From contig DXEB01000011.1 in NCBI GenBank assembly GCA_019115165.1, positions 655-64,654 on the forward strand: 64,000 nucleotides of DNA, given 5' to 3'. Origin of the DNA: Candidatus Anaerotignum merdipullorum. GTDB taxonomy: Bacteria; Bacillota; Clostridia; Lachnospirales; Anaerotignaceae. Numbering within the stretch: position 1 is the stretch's first letter; every line of letters begins with the position of its first letter. The notes under the pieces were generated by a model. That model made no database searches and was not told where the DNA came from. It saw nothing but the letters and a program-made list of their open reading frames with translations. Position numbers and translations under genes: made by a program. Of this stretch, positions 10,034 through 20,300 are shown one piece after another.

Positions 10034-10546
10034 TTACGCGCAAACATTTCGCAGCGCTTCCTGTACTTGTGTGCGGATTTCTTCCAATGTTTTATCCAGT
10101 GCCGCCGCCAATTCGCCAAAGCTGATGTGTTCCGCTTGTTTCAAATACCGTTGTTCTGTCTGAGAGATTTTTTTCCCGATACGAGCATTTTCGGCAGATT
10201 TCATATAAATGGATTTGACCATTTGCAGATACTGCATGCAGTCATGGGTGTTGAGGATTTCGGTATAATGTGCGACGGTTTGTTTGGGATCGTGACTGTG
10301 ATAGGGTGCAGCAGGAAGCTCTGCCAGAGATTCCAGATACATACGTGCCTGTGCGGCAGTAATGAGTGGTCGGATACAGGCGCAGGTTTGTACAGAGACA
10401 TGGATGATTTCCGCGACAGGGGAAAATAATGGAATCAAGGTATAATACTCCTTATGGCAATCTGGCATATGCGGCAGCGGTGCAATATCTGTGATCCGGC
10501 AGACCCCTGTACTGCCATATACGATCAAATCGTTTTTGCGATACAT
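10034..10546 (-). CDS. CarD family transcriptional regulator
   Basis: MYRKNDLIVYGSTGVCRITDI N-terminus; AGGAG RBS. Confidence 0.85.
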   Translation of the reverse strand: MYRKNDLIVYGSTGVCRITDIAPLPHMPDCHKEYYTLIPLFSPVAEIIHVSVQTCACIRPLITAAQARMYLESLAELPAAPYHSHDPKQTVAHYTEILNTHDCMQYLQMVKSIYMKSAENARIGKKISQTEQRYLKQAEHISFGELAAALDKTLEEIRTQVQEALRNVCA

Positions 10547-10760
10547 GCGAACACTCCTTTCTGTCTTTTTTGAAATATCTTTTTCTGATAGCATTTCCCA
10601 AAAGATTCCTTTTTATTCAGTGTAACACTTTCTTTCCTGAAAAATCAAAGGAAAACCAATGCAAAATATGATTTTTGTGAAAGCTTCATGAGAACATAAT
10701 CAGATGATTTTATGAAAAATTACTAGTACCGATTGGTAAAACTGGACAATATCTTTCGTC

Positions 10761-10800
10761 AAAAAAAAGAACTTGCCTCCGATATGAGGCAAGCTCTTTT
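10761..10800 (-). terminator. Terminator of the HIT gene
   Basis: cttgcctc / gaggcaag stem flanked by A and T tracts. Confidence 0.75.
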
Positions 10801-10828
10801 GAGAATAAGGAAATGCAATGGAAAGCGT

Positions 10829-11239
10829 TTACAGCTGCATCTCCAATTTTTTGCGCATGGCTTCGATTTGTGCATCGGTCAGCTCCAGTGGTTGATAATG
10901 GATCTGAATCCCATCATTTTCATACCGAGGGATCAGATGCAGATGGAAATGGAAGACCGTTTGTCCGGCTATTGTGCCGTTGTTCTGCATGACATTCATA
11001 TGCTCAAAGCCAAGGCGTGTTTTCATTTCTCTGGCAATCAGCGCAGCAAGACGGAACAGTCTGCCTGCTTTATCTGGATCAATTTCAAAGAGGTTGGCAA
11101 CATGCTCTTTGACTAGGATCAGGACATGTCCTTCATTTGCTGGAAAACGATCTAAAATGACTTTGAATTCATCATTTTCGTATATGGTGGCGGAAGAAAA
11201 TGCGCCAGAAACAATATTACAGAAAATACAGTCGCTCAT
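10829..11239 (-). CDS. HIT family nucleotide hydrolase
   Basis: DCIFC, GQTVFHFHLHLIPR. Confidence 0.93.
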   Translation of the reverse strand: MSDCIFCNIVSGAFSSATIYENDEFKVILDRFPANEGHVLILVKEHVANLFEIDPDKAGRLFRLAALIAREMKTRLGFEHMNVMQNNGTIAGQTVFHFHLHLIPRYENDGIQIHYQPLELTDAQIEAMRKKLEMQL

Positions 11240-11312
11240 AATGCTTCATCCTTTCGTCGTTCATTATGGTAACAGTATAGCACGAAAGGAGTGGGATTGC
11301 ACTGGTTTTTGC

Positions 11313-11822
11313 TCAAAAATATTTGCTGAATAAATACGTCAGTGCGTTGACATGGTTTTGTTTATCCGTGATAATTTCAAAAAAAGTGTCTCGCAGTTGT
11401 CCGCTGGGAACGGCAAGAAAGAAATTGCGGTAAAAATCCACTTCGTCCAACTCCTGCAACAGGGTTTCCTCCAAATATTCCGCAGGTTGAAGCTGTTCTG
11501 TGGTAGACGGCGTTTGGTCGGCAGAAGGCATTTCTGGAGTTTGCCCAGTGATCAAAAACAGCGCCTCCCGCAGTTGCTTTAAGTGCTTTTGCTCATCCAA
11601 ATACATGGATTTGATGATGTCTGCAGAAGGTGTCAAAATATCGGCTTCCATCAGCAGTCGATGATAACGCTGTGCCATCTGCGCCGTTTCTTCTACGGCA
11701 ATTTGCAGCAAAGCCAGCAGGCGGCTGTCCTCAGCCAGTTCTGTTAGGGCAGGGTCTCTAGTTTCTCTGGTGGTCAGGGAATGGCTGCGATAAAGCTGTG
11801 TATTGCGGTTATATGGATACAT
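11313..11822 (-). CDS. Ferritin/rubrerythrin-like four-helix protein, probably sporulation-associated
   Basis: DEQKH and DKQNH ExxH-type motifs; candidate sigma-G promoter upstream. Confidence 0.65.
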   Translation of the reverse strand: MYPYNRNTQLYRSHSLTTRETRDPALTELAEDSRLLALLQIAVEETAQMAQRYHRLLMEADILTPSADIIKSMYLDEQKHLKQLREALFLITGQTPEMPSADQTPSTTEQLQPAEYLEETLLQELDEVDFYRNFFLAVPSGQLRDTFFEIITDKQNHVNALTYLFSKYF

Positions 11823-11853
11823 AATGGGTCAGGCTCCTTTTTTCTTGTTTTTC

Positions 11854-11883
11854 TATTATGTGTATGCGCCGAAATGCAGATAC
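11854..11883 (-). promoter_or_regulatory. Candidate sigma-G promoter
   Basis: GTATC-N18-CATAATA versus B. subtilis consensus GNATR-N18-CATNNTA. Confidence 0.5.
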
Positions 11884-12001
11884 TTGCGTGAAAAAACGAA
11901 AAAACAGAGGAGCGGCAGGAATTTTTGTGTGGAAGCGGATAAGGTTTTCTGTTATGATAGAACACAGCGAAGAATAGGATAGAACAGAGGTGACTTTCAC
12001 A

Positions 12002-13060
12002 ATGAAACGAATTGTGTTAACAGGCGGCGGTACAGCCGGGCATGTGACGCCAAATCTGGCATTGCTGCCATTGCTGCGGGAAGAAGGTTGGGAGGTGCTC
12101 TATATCGGTTCGGAAACCGGCATAGAAAAAAAGTTGATGGAGGAGGCTGGTGTGCCATACTATAGTGTGCCCACAGGAAAACTGCGGCGGTATTTATCCA
12201 AGCAGAATCTGACAGATATGTTTCAGGTAGTAAAAGGCGTGCGGGAAGCAGGAAGACTGCTGAAAAAACTGAAACCGGATGTTGTATTTTCCAAAGGCGG
12301 CTTCGTGGCTGTGCCTGTCATCATGGGAGCGAAGAAGAATCATATCCCGGTGATTGTCCATGAATCCGATCTGACGCTCGGTTTGGCAAATAAGATTGCG
12401 ATGCCCTTTGCACAGACAGTATGTACGACGTTTCCAGAAACACTGAGATATCTTCCGAAAGGAAAAGGAGTACATACCGGAACGCCTATTCGCAGAGAGT
12501 TGTTTACCGGCAGTCGGGAGAGAGGGCTGCGTCTGTGCGGATTTGAGGGAACCAAACCAGTTTTGCTGCAAATGGGAGGTTCCTTAGGAGCCGTAAAAAT
12601 CAATGACTGCCTGCGGGAAGCGTTGCCATCGTTACTGGAGACGTTCGACATCATTCATTTGTGCGGAAAAGGACATGCGGAAGAAAGATTACAGAAAAAG
12701 GCAGGATATTGCCAGTTTGAATATGTCACAGATGAGCTGGCTGATTTGTTTGCGGCGGCGGATGTGCTGATTTCCCGAGCAGGGAGCAATGCCATCGCGG
12801 AATTTCTGGCGCTGAAAAAGCCCAATCTTCTGATCCCCCTTTCGCGGAGCGCCAGCCGGGGTGATCAGATCCTAAATGCAGCGTCCTACGAAAAGCAGGG
12901 ATTTTCCATGGTATTGCAGGAAGAAGAGATGACACCGGCGACATTGGAAGAACGAGTACAAAGGCTTTATGCAGACCGTGCCAAATATATACATGCTATG
13001 GAGCAAAGTGCGCAAAACAACGGTGTAGAGGCAGTGATGGCGCAGATACGCCAATTTTAA
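12002..13060 (+). CDS. murG: Undecaprenyl-PP-MurNAc-pentapeptide GlcNAc transferase
   Basis: TGGGTAGHVTP, FSKGGFV, HESD, GGSLGA, SRAGS, RGDQILNA. Confidence 0.95.
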   Translation: MKRIVLTGGGTAGHVTPNLALLPLLREEGWEVLYIGSETGIEKKLMEEAGVPYYSVPTGKLRRYLSKQNLTDMFQVVKGVREAGRLLKKLKPDVVFSKGGFVAVPVIMGAKKNHIPVIVHESDLTLGLANKIAMPFAQTVCTTFPETLRYLPKGKGVHTGTPIRRELFTGSRERGLRLCGFEGTKPVLLQMGGSLGAVKINDCLREALPSLLETFDIIHLCGKGHAEERLQKKAGYCQFEYVTDELADLFAAADVLISRAGSNAIAEFLALKKPNLLIPLSRSASRGDQILNAASYEKQGFSMVLQEEEMTPATLEERVQRLYADRAKYIHAMEQSAQNNGVEAVMAQIRQF

Positions 13061-13166
13061 TAAAGATTTAAGAAAATCGAATTGACATGGACTTTTGGGA
13101 TGTACTACAATATTTTTTGTGCACGTATGTACCGTGCAGAATACGGATGATCAGGAGGAATGACCT

Positions 13167-13964
13167 ATGAAAAGATATATCGGATTATTGCTGACCGGTA
13201 TATTGGCGCTGACGGCAGCCGGCTGCGGTGCGCAAACCCAGTCGGAAACCCGTACGGATCAAGAGTTGGCAGGAGAAGTAAACGATACCATTTTACAGGC
13301 GGAAATGCCGGCAGAAGGGGAAGAAATTGCGGTAATTACGACGTCTGAGGGTGTCATTAAGATGCGTCTGTTCCCGGAGGAAGCGCCCAAGGCGGTGGAA
13401 AATTTTCAAACACTGGCAAAATCCGGATATTATGACGGTTTGACATTCCATCGTGTGATTGAAGATTTTATGGTGCAGACCGGAGACCCGACCGGTACGG
13501 GCAGTGGTGGAGAAAGCTGCTGGGGAGAATATTTTGAGGATGAAGTATCTCCGAATCTGCATTTTTATAACGGCGCGGTAGCTATGGCCAATCGCGGACC
13601 GGATACCAATGGCAGCCAGTTCTTTATTGTACAGGCAAAAACGGCAACGGAGGATTATCTGAATGCGTTGGAAGATGCCAGAGATAATCCGGAAAATGAG
13701 GAAGCGGTAGGCATTACCATCCAAGATACGTTCTATACGCTTAGTCAAATTTTCCCAGAACAGGTGATGGCGTATTATCGGGAGCACGGCGGAGCTGTGC
13801 ATCTGGAATATGTTTTTGGAAATGCGTATACCATTTTTGGTCAGGTGATTGAAGGAATGGATGTTGTGGATGCCATTGCGGCGGTAGAAGTGGATGAAAA
13901 TGATAAGCCGCTGGAAGATGTCATTGTGGAACAAATTACGTTTGAGCCATATACAGCGGAGTAA
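13167..13964 (+). CDS. Cyclophilin-type peptidyl-prolyl isomerase lipoprotein
   Basis: Lipobox AAGC; FHRVIEDFMVQTGDP, AMANRGPDTNGSQFFI. Confidence 0.92.
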   Translation: MKRYIGLLLTGILALTAAGCGAQTQSETRTDQELAGEVNDTILQAEMPAEGEEIAVITTSEGVIKMRLFPEEAPKAVENFQTLAKSGYYDGLTFHRVIEDFMVQTGDPTGTGSGGESCWGEYFEDEVSPNLHFYNGAVAMANRGPDTNGSQFFIVQAKTATEDYLNALEDARDNPENEEAVGITIQDTFYTLSQIFPEQVMAYYREHGGAVHLEYVFGNAYTIFGQVIEGMDVVDAIAAVEVDENDKPLEDVIVEQITFEPYTAE

Positions 13965-13988
13965 GTGTGGGATTGGAAGGACAGGAAG

Positions 13989-14459
13989 ATGAGAAAGAAA
14001 TTTGCTTTGATGTTACTGTTGGTATGTGGTATGCTGATGACGGCGGCATGTGGAAAAGAAGCTGTAGCACAGCAGGAGGTATCCTATCAGATGACTTTCA
14101 TCAATGATACGGGAAAAGACGCTGCACAGCTGCAGATTCGTCCCACGGAGGATTATGATTGGACGGATAATCTGCTGAAAGAAGCATTTTGGCAGAATGG
14201 ATATGAAGTACCAGTTTCCTTAAGCGGTACAGTACCGGTGACAGATGCCGGCTGGCAGGTGCGCATGGTATTTGCGGATGGAACAGAACAGATTTGGGAA
14301 GCGGTGGCACTTCAAGATGGCAGCACGATGACATTTTCGCTGGAAAACGGTGAAGGGGCTGTAACATATGCGCAAGAGCTGCCAGAATCCCCTGCAGATT
14401 CAGAGGACAGCAATGCGCTGCAGGATCCTATGGAGAATGAGGAAATAGAAAATCAGTAA
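13989..14459 (+). CDS. Hypothetical lipoprotein
   Basis: MRKK + hydrophobic stretch + TAAC lipobox; acidic tail. Confidence 0.65.
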   Translation: MRKKFALMLLLVCGMLMTAACGKEAVAQQEVSYQMTFINDTGKDAAQLQIRPTEDYDWTDNLLKEAFWQNGYEVPVSLSGTVPVTDAGWQVRMVFADGTEQIWEAVALQDGSTMTFSLENGEGAVTYAQELPESPADSEDSNALQDPMENEEIENQ

Positions 14460-14460
14460 G

Positions 14461-14504
14461 AAAAGAAGCGGTTTTTTCGGGATAACGAAAAAACCGCTTC
14501 TTTT
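14461..14504 (+). terminator. Intrinsic terminator
   Basis: Perfect 19-bp stem aaaagaagcggttttttcg / cgaaaaaaccgcttctttt. Confidence 0.85.
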
Positions 14505-14681
14505 GGAATTGTAAGAAAGAATTAAGACAAATGCATGGGAATTTCTAAGATTTTTGCGTTAGGATAAAAACGGAGTGTATGTAACAACCCTTTCTACTTT
14601 TTTCTAGAGGAAGATGCGATTCTTTCTCATGTGTGTCATAAAAGGATAGCGGAGGAAAGGACGGCAAGGAGGCGATACTGC

Positions 14682-15098
14682 ATGAAAGAAAAGAAAGAAA
14701 AAGTAATGGTTCTAGTAAGAGCAGATGAGGAATCCCGGCGTTTTTTGGAACTTGCCTATAACGCGGCTGCTGCCAGCGGAGGGGAATTTTATATATTATA
14801 TGTGGCAAAGGGAGCAAATGTTTTGGAAAGCGGCACAGATCTGTATTGTCTGCAGGAGGTGGTATCCTATGGATGCCATTTGGGCGCGCAGGTACACATT
14901 TGTTGCGACGAAGATCCGGAAACGTACATCGGACAGTTTATCCGAGCAAAAGGAATTACACAGATTTTATTGGAACCGTTGCGAAAATCAATGAGAAAGA
15001 ATGTCTGGACAGAATGGGTGCAGCGAATTTGCGCGTTGCTGCCGCCGGGAACAGCGCTTTTGACAGAGGCAGAAGCGCCGCAAGCCAGCCTAATATAA
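14682..15098 (+). CDS. Universal stress protein-like (KdpD USP-type) domain protein
   Basis: KVMVLV...GGEFYILYV...FIRAKGITQILL pattern; AAGGAGG RBS. Confidence 0.6.
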   Translation: MKEKKEKVMVLVRADEESRRFLELAYNAAAASGGEFYILYVAKGANVLESGTDLYCLQEVVSYGCHLGAQVHICCDEDPETYIGQFIRAKGITQILLEPLRKSMRKNVWTEWVQRICALLPPGTALLTEAEAPQASLI

Positions 15099-15433
15099 AG
15101 AGCAGTTGATTTTGTGGAAGCAACGAACGACCCGCGGGGCGGTATTTCAGCAAAAGTATCAGAGTAAGATGGTTTAGCGGAGTGTATGTTTGAAAAGAGA
15201 GCAGGCTGCACTCCGTTGTTTTGTTTTTATTTGTTTTTATTAGAAGAGAGAAGGGCTACTGTGTATGTAAGAAGAAACAAAACCGTTTTTAGATAAGGCA
15301 GATATGTACAGATTGGGTGGGCAGCCGGGAGAATTGCTATTTTTTGTTGCAAATCCACGCAAATTATATTATGATTCAAAGAGTGGATTTTTCTATTGAA
15401 AATCTGAACTGAGACATAAAGGAGAGAATGAAC

Positions 15434-15934
15434 ATGAGTTTGTATGAAAGCTGGATGGAAAAGGCGTTTTCCAAAGAAGGCAGAAGTGTGGATGCGATTT
15501 GGGATGCATATTTGCCCAAGGAACAGCACATTTACGAATATATTCTGGCTGAGAAGGTAAATCGGCTGGAAGGTACGGTAACAGAATTGGCAAAACGTTT
15601 TTCTATGACTGCGGAGGAAATTGTGGCGTTTGTAGATGGTATCAATGATGCGCTGCCAGTACCGTATGAAATGAACGAACTGACAGAAGAAAGCAATATT
15701 GTGCTGGAGATTGACTTTGAACGCCTGTTCAAAAAAATGGTGGAATATCATGCGGAGCATTTGTACCAACTGCCTCAGTGGGACGGTATTTTTGACGCGG
15801 ACACCAGAAAAAGACTGACCTTGGAACAAAAACGCTCTCGTACTGTTGTGAAAGAGAAAAAAATTGGACGCAATGACCCCTGTCCCTGTGGCAGCGGAAA
15901 AAAATACAAAAAATGCTGCGGAGCAAACCTGTAA
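15434..15934 (+). CDS. SEC-C metal-binding motif protein
   Basis: C-terminal [20 protein letters not shown] (alternative start 15428). Confidence 0.88.
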   Translation: MSLYESWMEKAFSKEGRSVDAIWDAYLPKEQHIYEYILAEKVNRLEGTVTELAKRFSMTAEEIVAFVDGINDALPVPYEMNELTEESNIVLEIDFERLFKKMVEYHAEHLYQLPQWDGIFDADTRKRLTLEQKRSRTVVKEKKIGRNDPCPCGSGKKYKKCCGANL

Positions 15935-15938
15935 TCTT

Positions 15939-16985
15939 ATGGATACCATACTGCGAAAGGTAGACCCTCAGCAGCCGGATGCCGCTGTGATCCGACAGGC
16001 GGCAGATATTCTGCGGGCAGGCGGGCTGGTGGCGTTTCCGACGGAAACGGTATATGGCTTGGGTGGGAATGGACTGGACCCTGAAGCCTGCCGCAGCATT
16101 TATCTGGCGAAGGGCAGACCTTCCGATAATCCGCTGATATTGCATATCTCCCAACTCAGTGAATTGCGTCCCATTGTACGGGAGATTTCTCAAACAGCGC
16201 AAGTATTGATGGAAGCATTTTGGCCGGGACCGTTGACGCTGATTTTTCCAAAGACGGATATTGTGCCGGATGCAGCAACGGGCGGGCTGGATACGGTAGC
16301 AGTACGTTTTCCGTCGCATCCGGTTGCCATGGCGCTGATTCGCGCGGCGGGGCTGCCTATTGCGGCGCCCAGCGCCAATCTGTCTGGAAAACCCAGTCCC
16401 ACGCGTGCTGCGCATGTAGCAATGGATTTGGATGGGAAAATTGGCATGATACTGGATGGCGGTGCGGCAGAATGGGGATTGGAATCCACCATTGTAGATG
16501 TTTCTGTTACGCCGCCGATGATTCTGCGACCGGGCGCAATTACCAAAGAGATGATGGAACCGTTGGTAGGAAAGGTTGATGTGGATCCTGCCATATTGCA
16601 AAAACCGGAAGAAGGGATGCAGCCAAAGGCGCCTGGAATGAAATATACGCATTATGCTCCAAAAGCAGAGGTATATTTGGTGCGTGGCGAGCAGACCTGT
16701 GAGATCATCAACCGTTTGGCGAAAAAGGAGCAGGAAATGGGCAGGAAAGTGGGAGTATTGGCAACAGATGAACGCAGAAGGGGCTACGAAGCGGATATTG
16801 TGCTTTCCGTGGGCAGCCGAAACTGTTTAGAAGAAGTGGGCGCGAACCTGTTTTGGGCGCTGCGGGAATTTGATCGGCTGAGCATAGATACGGTATATGC
16901 GGAAACATTCCCCATTGATGGAGAGGGAATGGCAATTATGAATCGTCTGCAGAAATCCGCCGGCTACCGCTGGATAGAAGAATAG
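15939..16985 (+). CDS. sua5: L-threonylcarbamoyladenylate synthase (Sua5)
   Basis: FPTETVYGLG, KGRPSDNPLI, AAPSANLSG, APGMKYTHYAP. Confidence 0.95.
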   Translation: MDTILRKVDPQQPDAAVIRQAADILRAGGLVAFPTETVYGLGGNGLDPEACRSIYLAKGRPSDNPLILHISQLSELRPIVREISQTAQVLMEAFWPGPLTLIFPKTDIVPDAATGGLDTVAVRFPSHPVAMALIRAAGLPIAAPSANLSGKPSPTRAAHVAMDLDGKIGMILDGGAAEWGLESTIVDVSVTPPMILRPGAITKEMMEPLVGKVDVDPAILQKPEEGMQPKAPGMKYTHYAPKAEVYLVRGEQTCEIINRLAKKEQEMGRKVGVLATDERRRGYEADIVLSVGSRNCLEEVGANLFWALREFDRLSIDTVYAETFPIDGEGMAIMNRLQKSAGYRWIEE

Positions 16986-17007
16986 GATGCGAAAGGAGCA
17001 AATGAAT

Positions 17008-17436
17008 ATGATAGCATTGGGCTGTGATCATGGCGGTTATCCTTTGATGAAAGAAGTGATCGCGTATTTGGATGCAAATGGGATTGCATATCATAATTAT
17101 GGGACGTTTTCAGAAGAATCCGTAGATTATCCCGTATATGCAAAGTTGGTTGCGCATGCCGTTGCAGATGGCGTGTGTGAAAAGGGTATTTTGATTTGCG
17201 GGACAGGCATTGGAATTTCTATTGCTGCCAATAAAGTCAAGGGGATTCGTGCGGCGCTTTGCGGTGATGTATTCTCCGCAAAAGCTACCAGAGAGCATAA
17301 CGATGCGAATATTTTGGCTTTAGGAGCTCGCGTGACTGGTCCTGGACTGGCGTTGGAAATTGTGAAAGCGTTTTTGGAAACCCCTTTTTCCAATGACGAA
17401 CGTCATATCAGACGAATCCGTCAAATTGAGGACTGA
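17008..17436 (+). CDS. rpiB: Ribose 5-phosphate isomerase B
   Basis: GCDHGG, ICGTGIG, HNDANIL, RHIRRI. Confidence 0.95.
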   Translation: MIALGCDHGGYPLMKEVIAYLDANGIAYHNYGTFSEESVDYPVYAKLVAHAVADGVCEKGILICGTGIGISIAANKVKGIRAALCGDVFSAKATREHNDANILALGARVTGPGLALEIVKAFLETPFSNDERHIRRIRQIED

Positions 17437-17451
17437 GAAAGGAAGAAGAAG

Positions 17452-18078
17452 ATGAGCAAATTATTTGTGTCGGAGCATCCGCTGATACAAAGCAAAATGG
17501 CTTTGTTGCGAGATGAGCGGACGGGCGCAAAAGAGTTTCGGGAAATCATTGGAGAAGTGGCGATGCTGCTTTCTTATGAAGCAACCAGAGAACTTCCTTT
17601 GAAAGAAATGACGGTGCAGACGCCGGTGGATTTGGCGAAGTGCTGTGTGATAGATACAAAGCTTGCCATTGTACCGATTTTACGTGCGGGGATTGGTATG
17701 ACGGAAGGGTTGCTGCGCTTGATGCCAACCGCGAAGGTGGGACATATTGGATTATATCGAGATCCAGAAACATTGCAGCCGGTGGAATACTACTGCAAAT
17801 TGCCGACAGACATTGCCCAGAGAACCGTTTTTCTGACAGACCCCATGCTGGCAACTGGAGGAACTGCAGAAGCGGCAATTGGATTTTTGAAAGAAAAAGG
17901 CGTGAAGCGGATTATCTTTTTATGTATTCTAGCTGCGCCGGATGGCGTGAAGAAAATACAGCAGGCGCATTCGGATGTAGATATTTATGCGGCGGCATAT
18001 GACCCGAAATTAAACGATCACGGATATATTGTTCCCGGCTTGGGCGATGCGGGCGATCGTATCTTTGGCACGAAATGA
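17452..18078 (+). CDS. upp: Uracil phosphoribosyltransferase
   Basis: [30 protein letters not shown]. Confidence 0.97.
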   Translation: MSKLFVSEHPLIQSKMALLRDERTGAKEFREIIGEVAMLLSYEATRELPLKEMTVQTPVDLAKCCVIDTKLAIVPILRAGIGMTEGLLRLMPTAKVGHIGLYRDPETLQPVEYYCKLPTDIAQRTVFLTDPMLATGGTAEAAIGFLKEKGVKRIIFLCILAAPDGVKKIQQAHSDVDIYAAAYDPKLNDHGYIVPGLGDAGDRIFGTK

Positions 18079-18129
18079 TATTGGTTCTTCATTGCGGTGA
18101 TTTGCCGAGTCGGTTAGGAGTGAAGGTTT

Positions 18130-19170
18130 TTGGTAGAGCATAACTGGTTGTTATATATTGCGGCATTTGCCTGTGCGTTTGCCATTACGCTGGTTACCAC
18201 ACCGTTTGCCAAATGGCTGTCTGTCAAAGCGGGCGCGATTGATTATCCTAAAAATCGCGGCGTACATACCAAACCCATGCCGCGTATGGGCGGCGTGGCG
18301 ATTGTGCTGGGATTTTTGATTACCGTATTGATGGTCTATTATTTCGATCGCAGCATGAATCCAAAGCAATTTGCCGGTTTTTTGATTGGTGCATTGCTGA
18401 TTGCTGGATTGGGTGTCGTGGATGACATGAAGAATTTGCCGGCAAAACTGAAGTTTTGCGTACAGATTGTTGCTGCGTTGATTGTGATTTTTTCTGGCAC
18501 CCGAATTCAGATTGTATTGTGGCCGGTAACAGCGGCGCTGCAAACATTCAGTATTCCCATTACGCTGATTTGGATTGTCGGTGTAACCAACGCGGTGAAT
18601 TTGATTGACGGTTTGGACGGTTTGGCAGCCGGTGTAACTGGGATTGCGGCGTTAAGCCTGATGGTGCTGTGTATCATTACGGGAACGAAGACGGCGGTCG
18701 TACTGACGGCAGCACTGGCAGGTGCATGCTTGGGATTTTTGCCGAGAAATTTTAATCCGGCGGAAATTTTTATGGGCGATACCGGTTCCACGTTTTTGGG
18801 TTTTGTGCTGGCGGTGACCAGTATTTTGGGCGTATTTAAGGGATATGCACTCTTGGCATTGATTGTGAGTATTTTGTGTGTTGGGCTGCCGATCTTTGAT
18901 ACAATTTTTGCGATGCTGCGCCGGATGGCAAAGCATCAGCCGATTATGCAGGCGGATCGCGGACACTTGCATCATAAACTGATTGATCATGGATTTAGTC
19001 AGAAAAAAGCTGTGTTGATTATGTATGCCATTAGTTTGCTGCTTGGATTACTGGCAATCTTTATTGCGGTGAAGGATTCCCGTATCTTTGTGGTGGCGTT
19101 GTTGACGGTGATTGGGCTGAGCTTCATCATTTATTATTTCAATGCCCATATCCGAAATAAAAATCAGTGA
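18130..19170 (+). CDS. tagO: Undecaprenyl-phosphate GlcNAc-1-phosphate transferase (TagO/WecA, GT4)
   Basis: NAVNLIDGLDGLA, NFNPAEIFMGDTGS, DRGHLHH; polytopic. Confidence 0.88.
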   Translation: MVEHNWLLYIAAFACAFAITLVTTPFAKWLSVKAGAIDYPKNRGVHTKPMPRMGGVAIVLGFLITVLMVYYFDRSMNPKQFAGFLIGALLIAGLGVVDDMKNLPAKLKFCVQIVAALIVIFSGTRIQIVLWPVTAALQTFSIPITLIWIVGVTNAVNLIDGLDGLAAGVTGIAALSLMVLCIITGTKTAVVLTAALAGACLGFLPRNFNPAEIFMGDTGSTFLGFVLAVTSILGVFKGYALLALIVSILCVGLPIFDTIFAMLRRMAKHQPIMQADRGHLHHKLIDHGFSQKKAVLIMYAISLLLGLLAIFIAVKDSRIFVVALLTVIGLSFIIYYFNAHIRNKNQ

Positions 19171-19191
19171 TACGGCAAAGGCTGTCGGAAT

Positions 19192-19246
19192 CAGGAAGGG
19201 AAAGATTTCTTGCGTACAAGAAGTTTTTCCCTTCCTGTTATTTTTT
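19192..19246 (+). terminator. Intrinsic terminator
   Basis: caggaagggaaagatttcttg / caagaagtttttcccttcctg hairpin plus T-rich tail. Confidence 0.75.
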
Positions 19247-19349
19247 GATTAAAATACCTTAAGACATGGGTATTCTTGTCCGAATGAAGGATTTATGGTA
19301 TAATAGCGGCACAAAAAGGCGTCTGGACATCTTGGAAGGAGGGAGTGCA

Positions 19350-20285
19350 ATGGCGGAAGAGATTCGTATATCCAGAGCGTTTATTGAACAGGAACTGCCT
19401 CAGGCTCCGCCGTTGTATGTGTCTGTTTTTTTGATGACACAGGCGATTGGGCAAAAGGCGGCGGAAGTGGCACATGCTTTGGATATTCTGGAGAGCGATG
19501 TGTTGCGGGCGTGGAAATATTGGCAGGAGAGAGGGTATCTGTTGGAAGCACAGCAGCAGGAGATGGCTGCCAAGCCGGTTGCGTCTGCAAGACCGGAGTA
19601 TACGCCAGCAGAATTGTCTGCATATTTGAAGCACCCAGATATCCAATTGTTGTTTCGCTCCGCAGAGCAGAAGCTGGGAAAGAGCTTGTCTTATTCGGAC
19701 ATGGCAATGCTGTTTAGCTTCTATGATTGGCTGGGATTGCCGATGGATGTCATTGAGTTGTTGTTGTCTGATTGCGTATCCAGAGGAAAACGAGGAATGC
19801 GCTATATCGAAAAGGTTGCCATTGCTTGGGCGGAAGAAGGTATCGATACGCCGGAGAAGGCGGCGGAATATTTACGCATGCGCAGGCAAGGATACCGGGA
19901 AGTGATGCGGGCATTTGGTCAGGGCAATCGTATGCCGGCGCCGGAAGAAGAAAAATATTTGAAAAAATGGCTGCGAACGTACCACTTGCCAACGGAAATT
20001 GTGGCGGCGGCTTGTGAGCGGACGATCCTGCGCACAGGCGGGGTCAGTTTTGCGTATGCGGATCGGATCTTGGAACAGTGGCATAAGGCAAAGGTACAGT
20101 CCATGGCGGATGTTCAAAAATTGGATGAGGCGTTTGCGGCGAAAAAAGCAGTGCACCAGAAATCGGAACCCGCGTATAGACAGCAGTCCAAACCGCATTC
20201 GAATCGTTTCATCAATTATACACAGCGGGAATGGGATTATGCGGAACTGGAGCGATTGGAACGGGAAAAACAAAGCGAATGGTAA
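19350..20285 (+). CDS. DnaD domain replication initiation protein
   Basis: Two DnaB_2-like repeats (YIEKVAIAW, YADRILEQW); upstream of helicase loader. Confidence 0.85.
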   Translation: MAEEIRISRAFIEQELPQAPPLYVSVFLMTQAIGQKAAEVAHALDILESDVLRAWKYWQERGYLLEAQQQEMAAKPVASARPEYTPAELSAYLKHPDIQLLFRSAEQKLGKSLSYSDMAMLFSFYDWLGLPMDVIELLLSDCVSRGKRGMRYIEKVAIAWAEEGIDTPEKAAEYLRMRRQGYREVMRAFGQGNRMPAPEEEKYLKKWLRTYHLPTEIVAAACERTILRTGGVSFAYADRILEQWHKAKVQSMADVQKLDEAFAAKKAVHQKSEPAYRQQSKPHSNRFINYTQREWDYAELERLEREKQSEW

Positions 20286-20300
20286 AGGGGTGAGCGTGAA

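Noticed and set aside
8590-10429. ORFs overlapping the tRNA genes (for example MAELADALDSGSSG...)
   Set aside because: They are translations of tRNA sequence or antisense to the carD-like gene.
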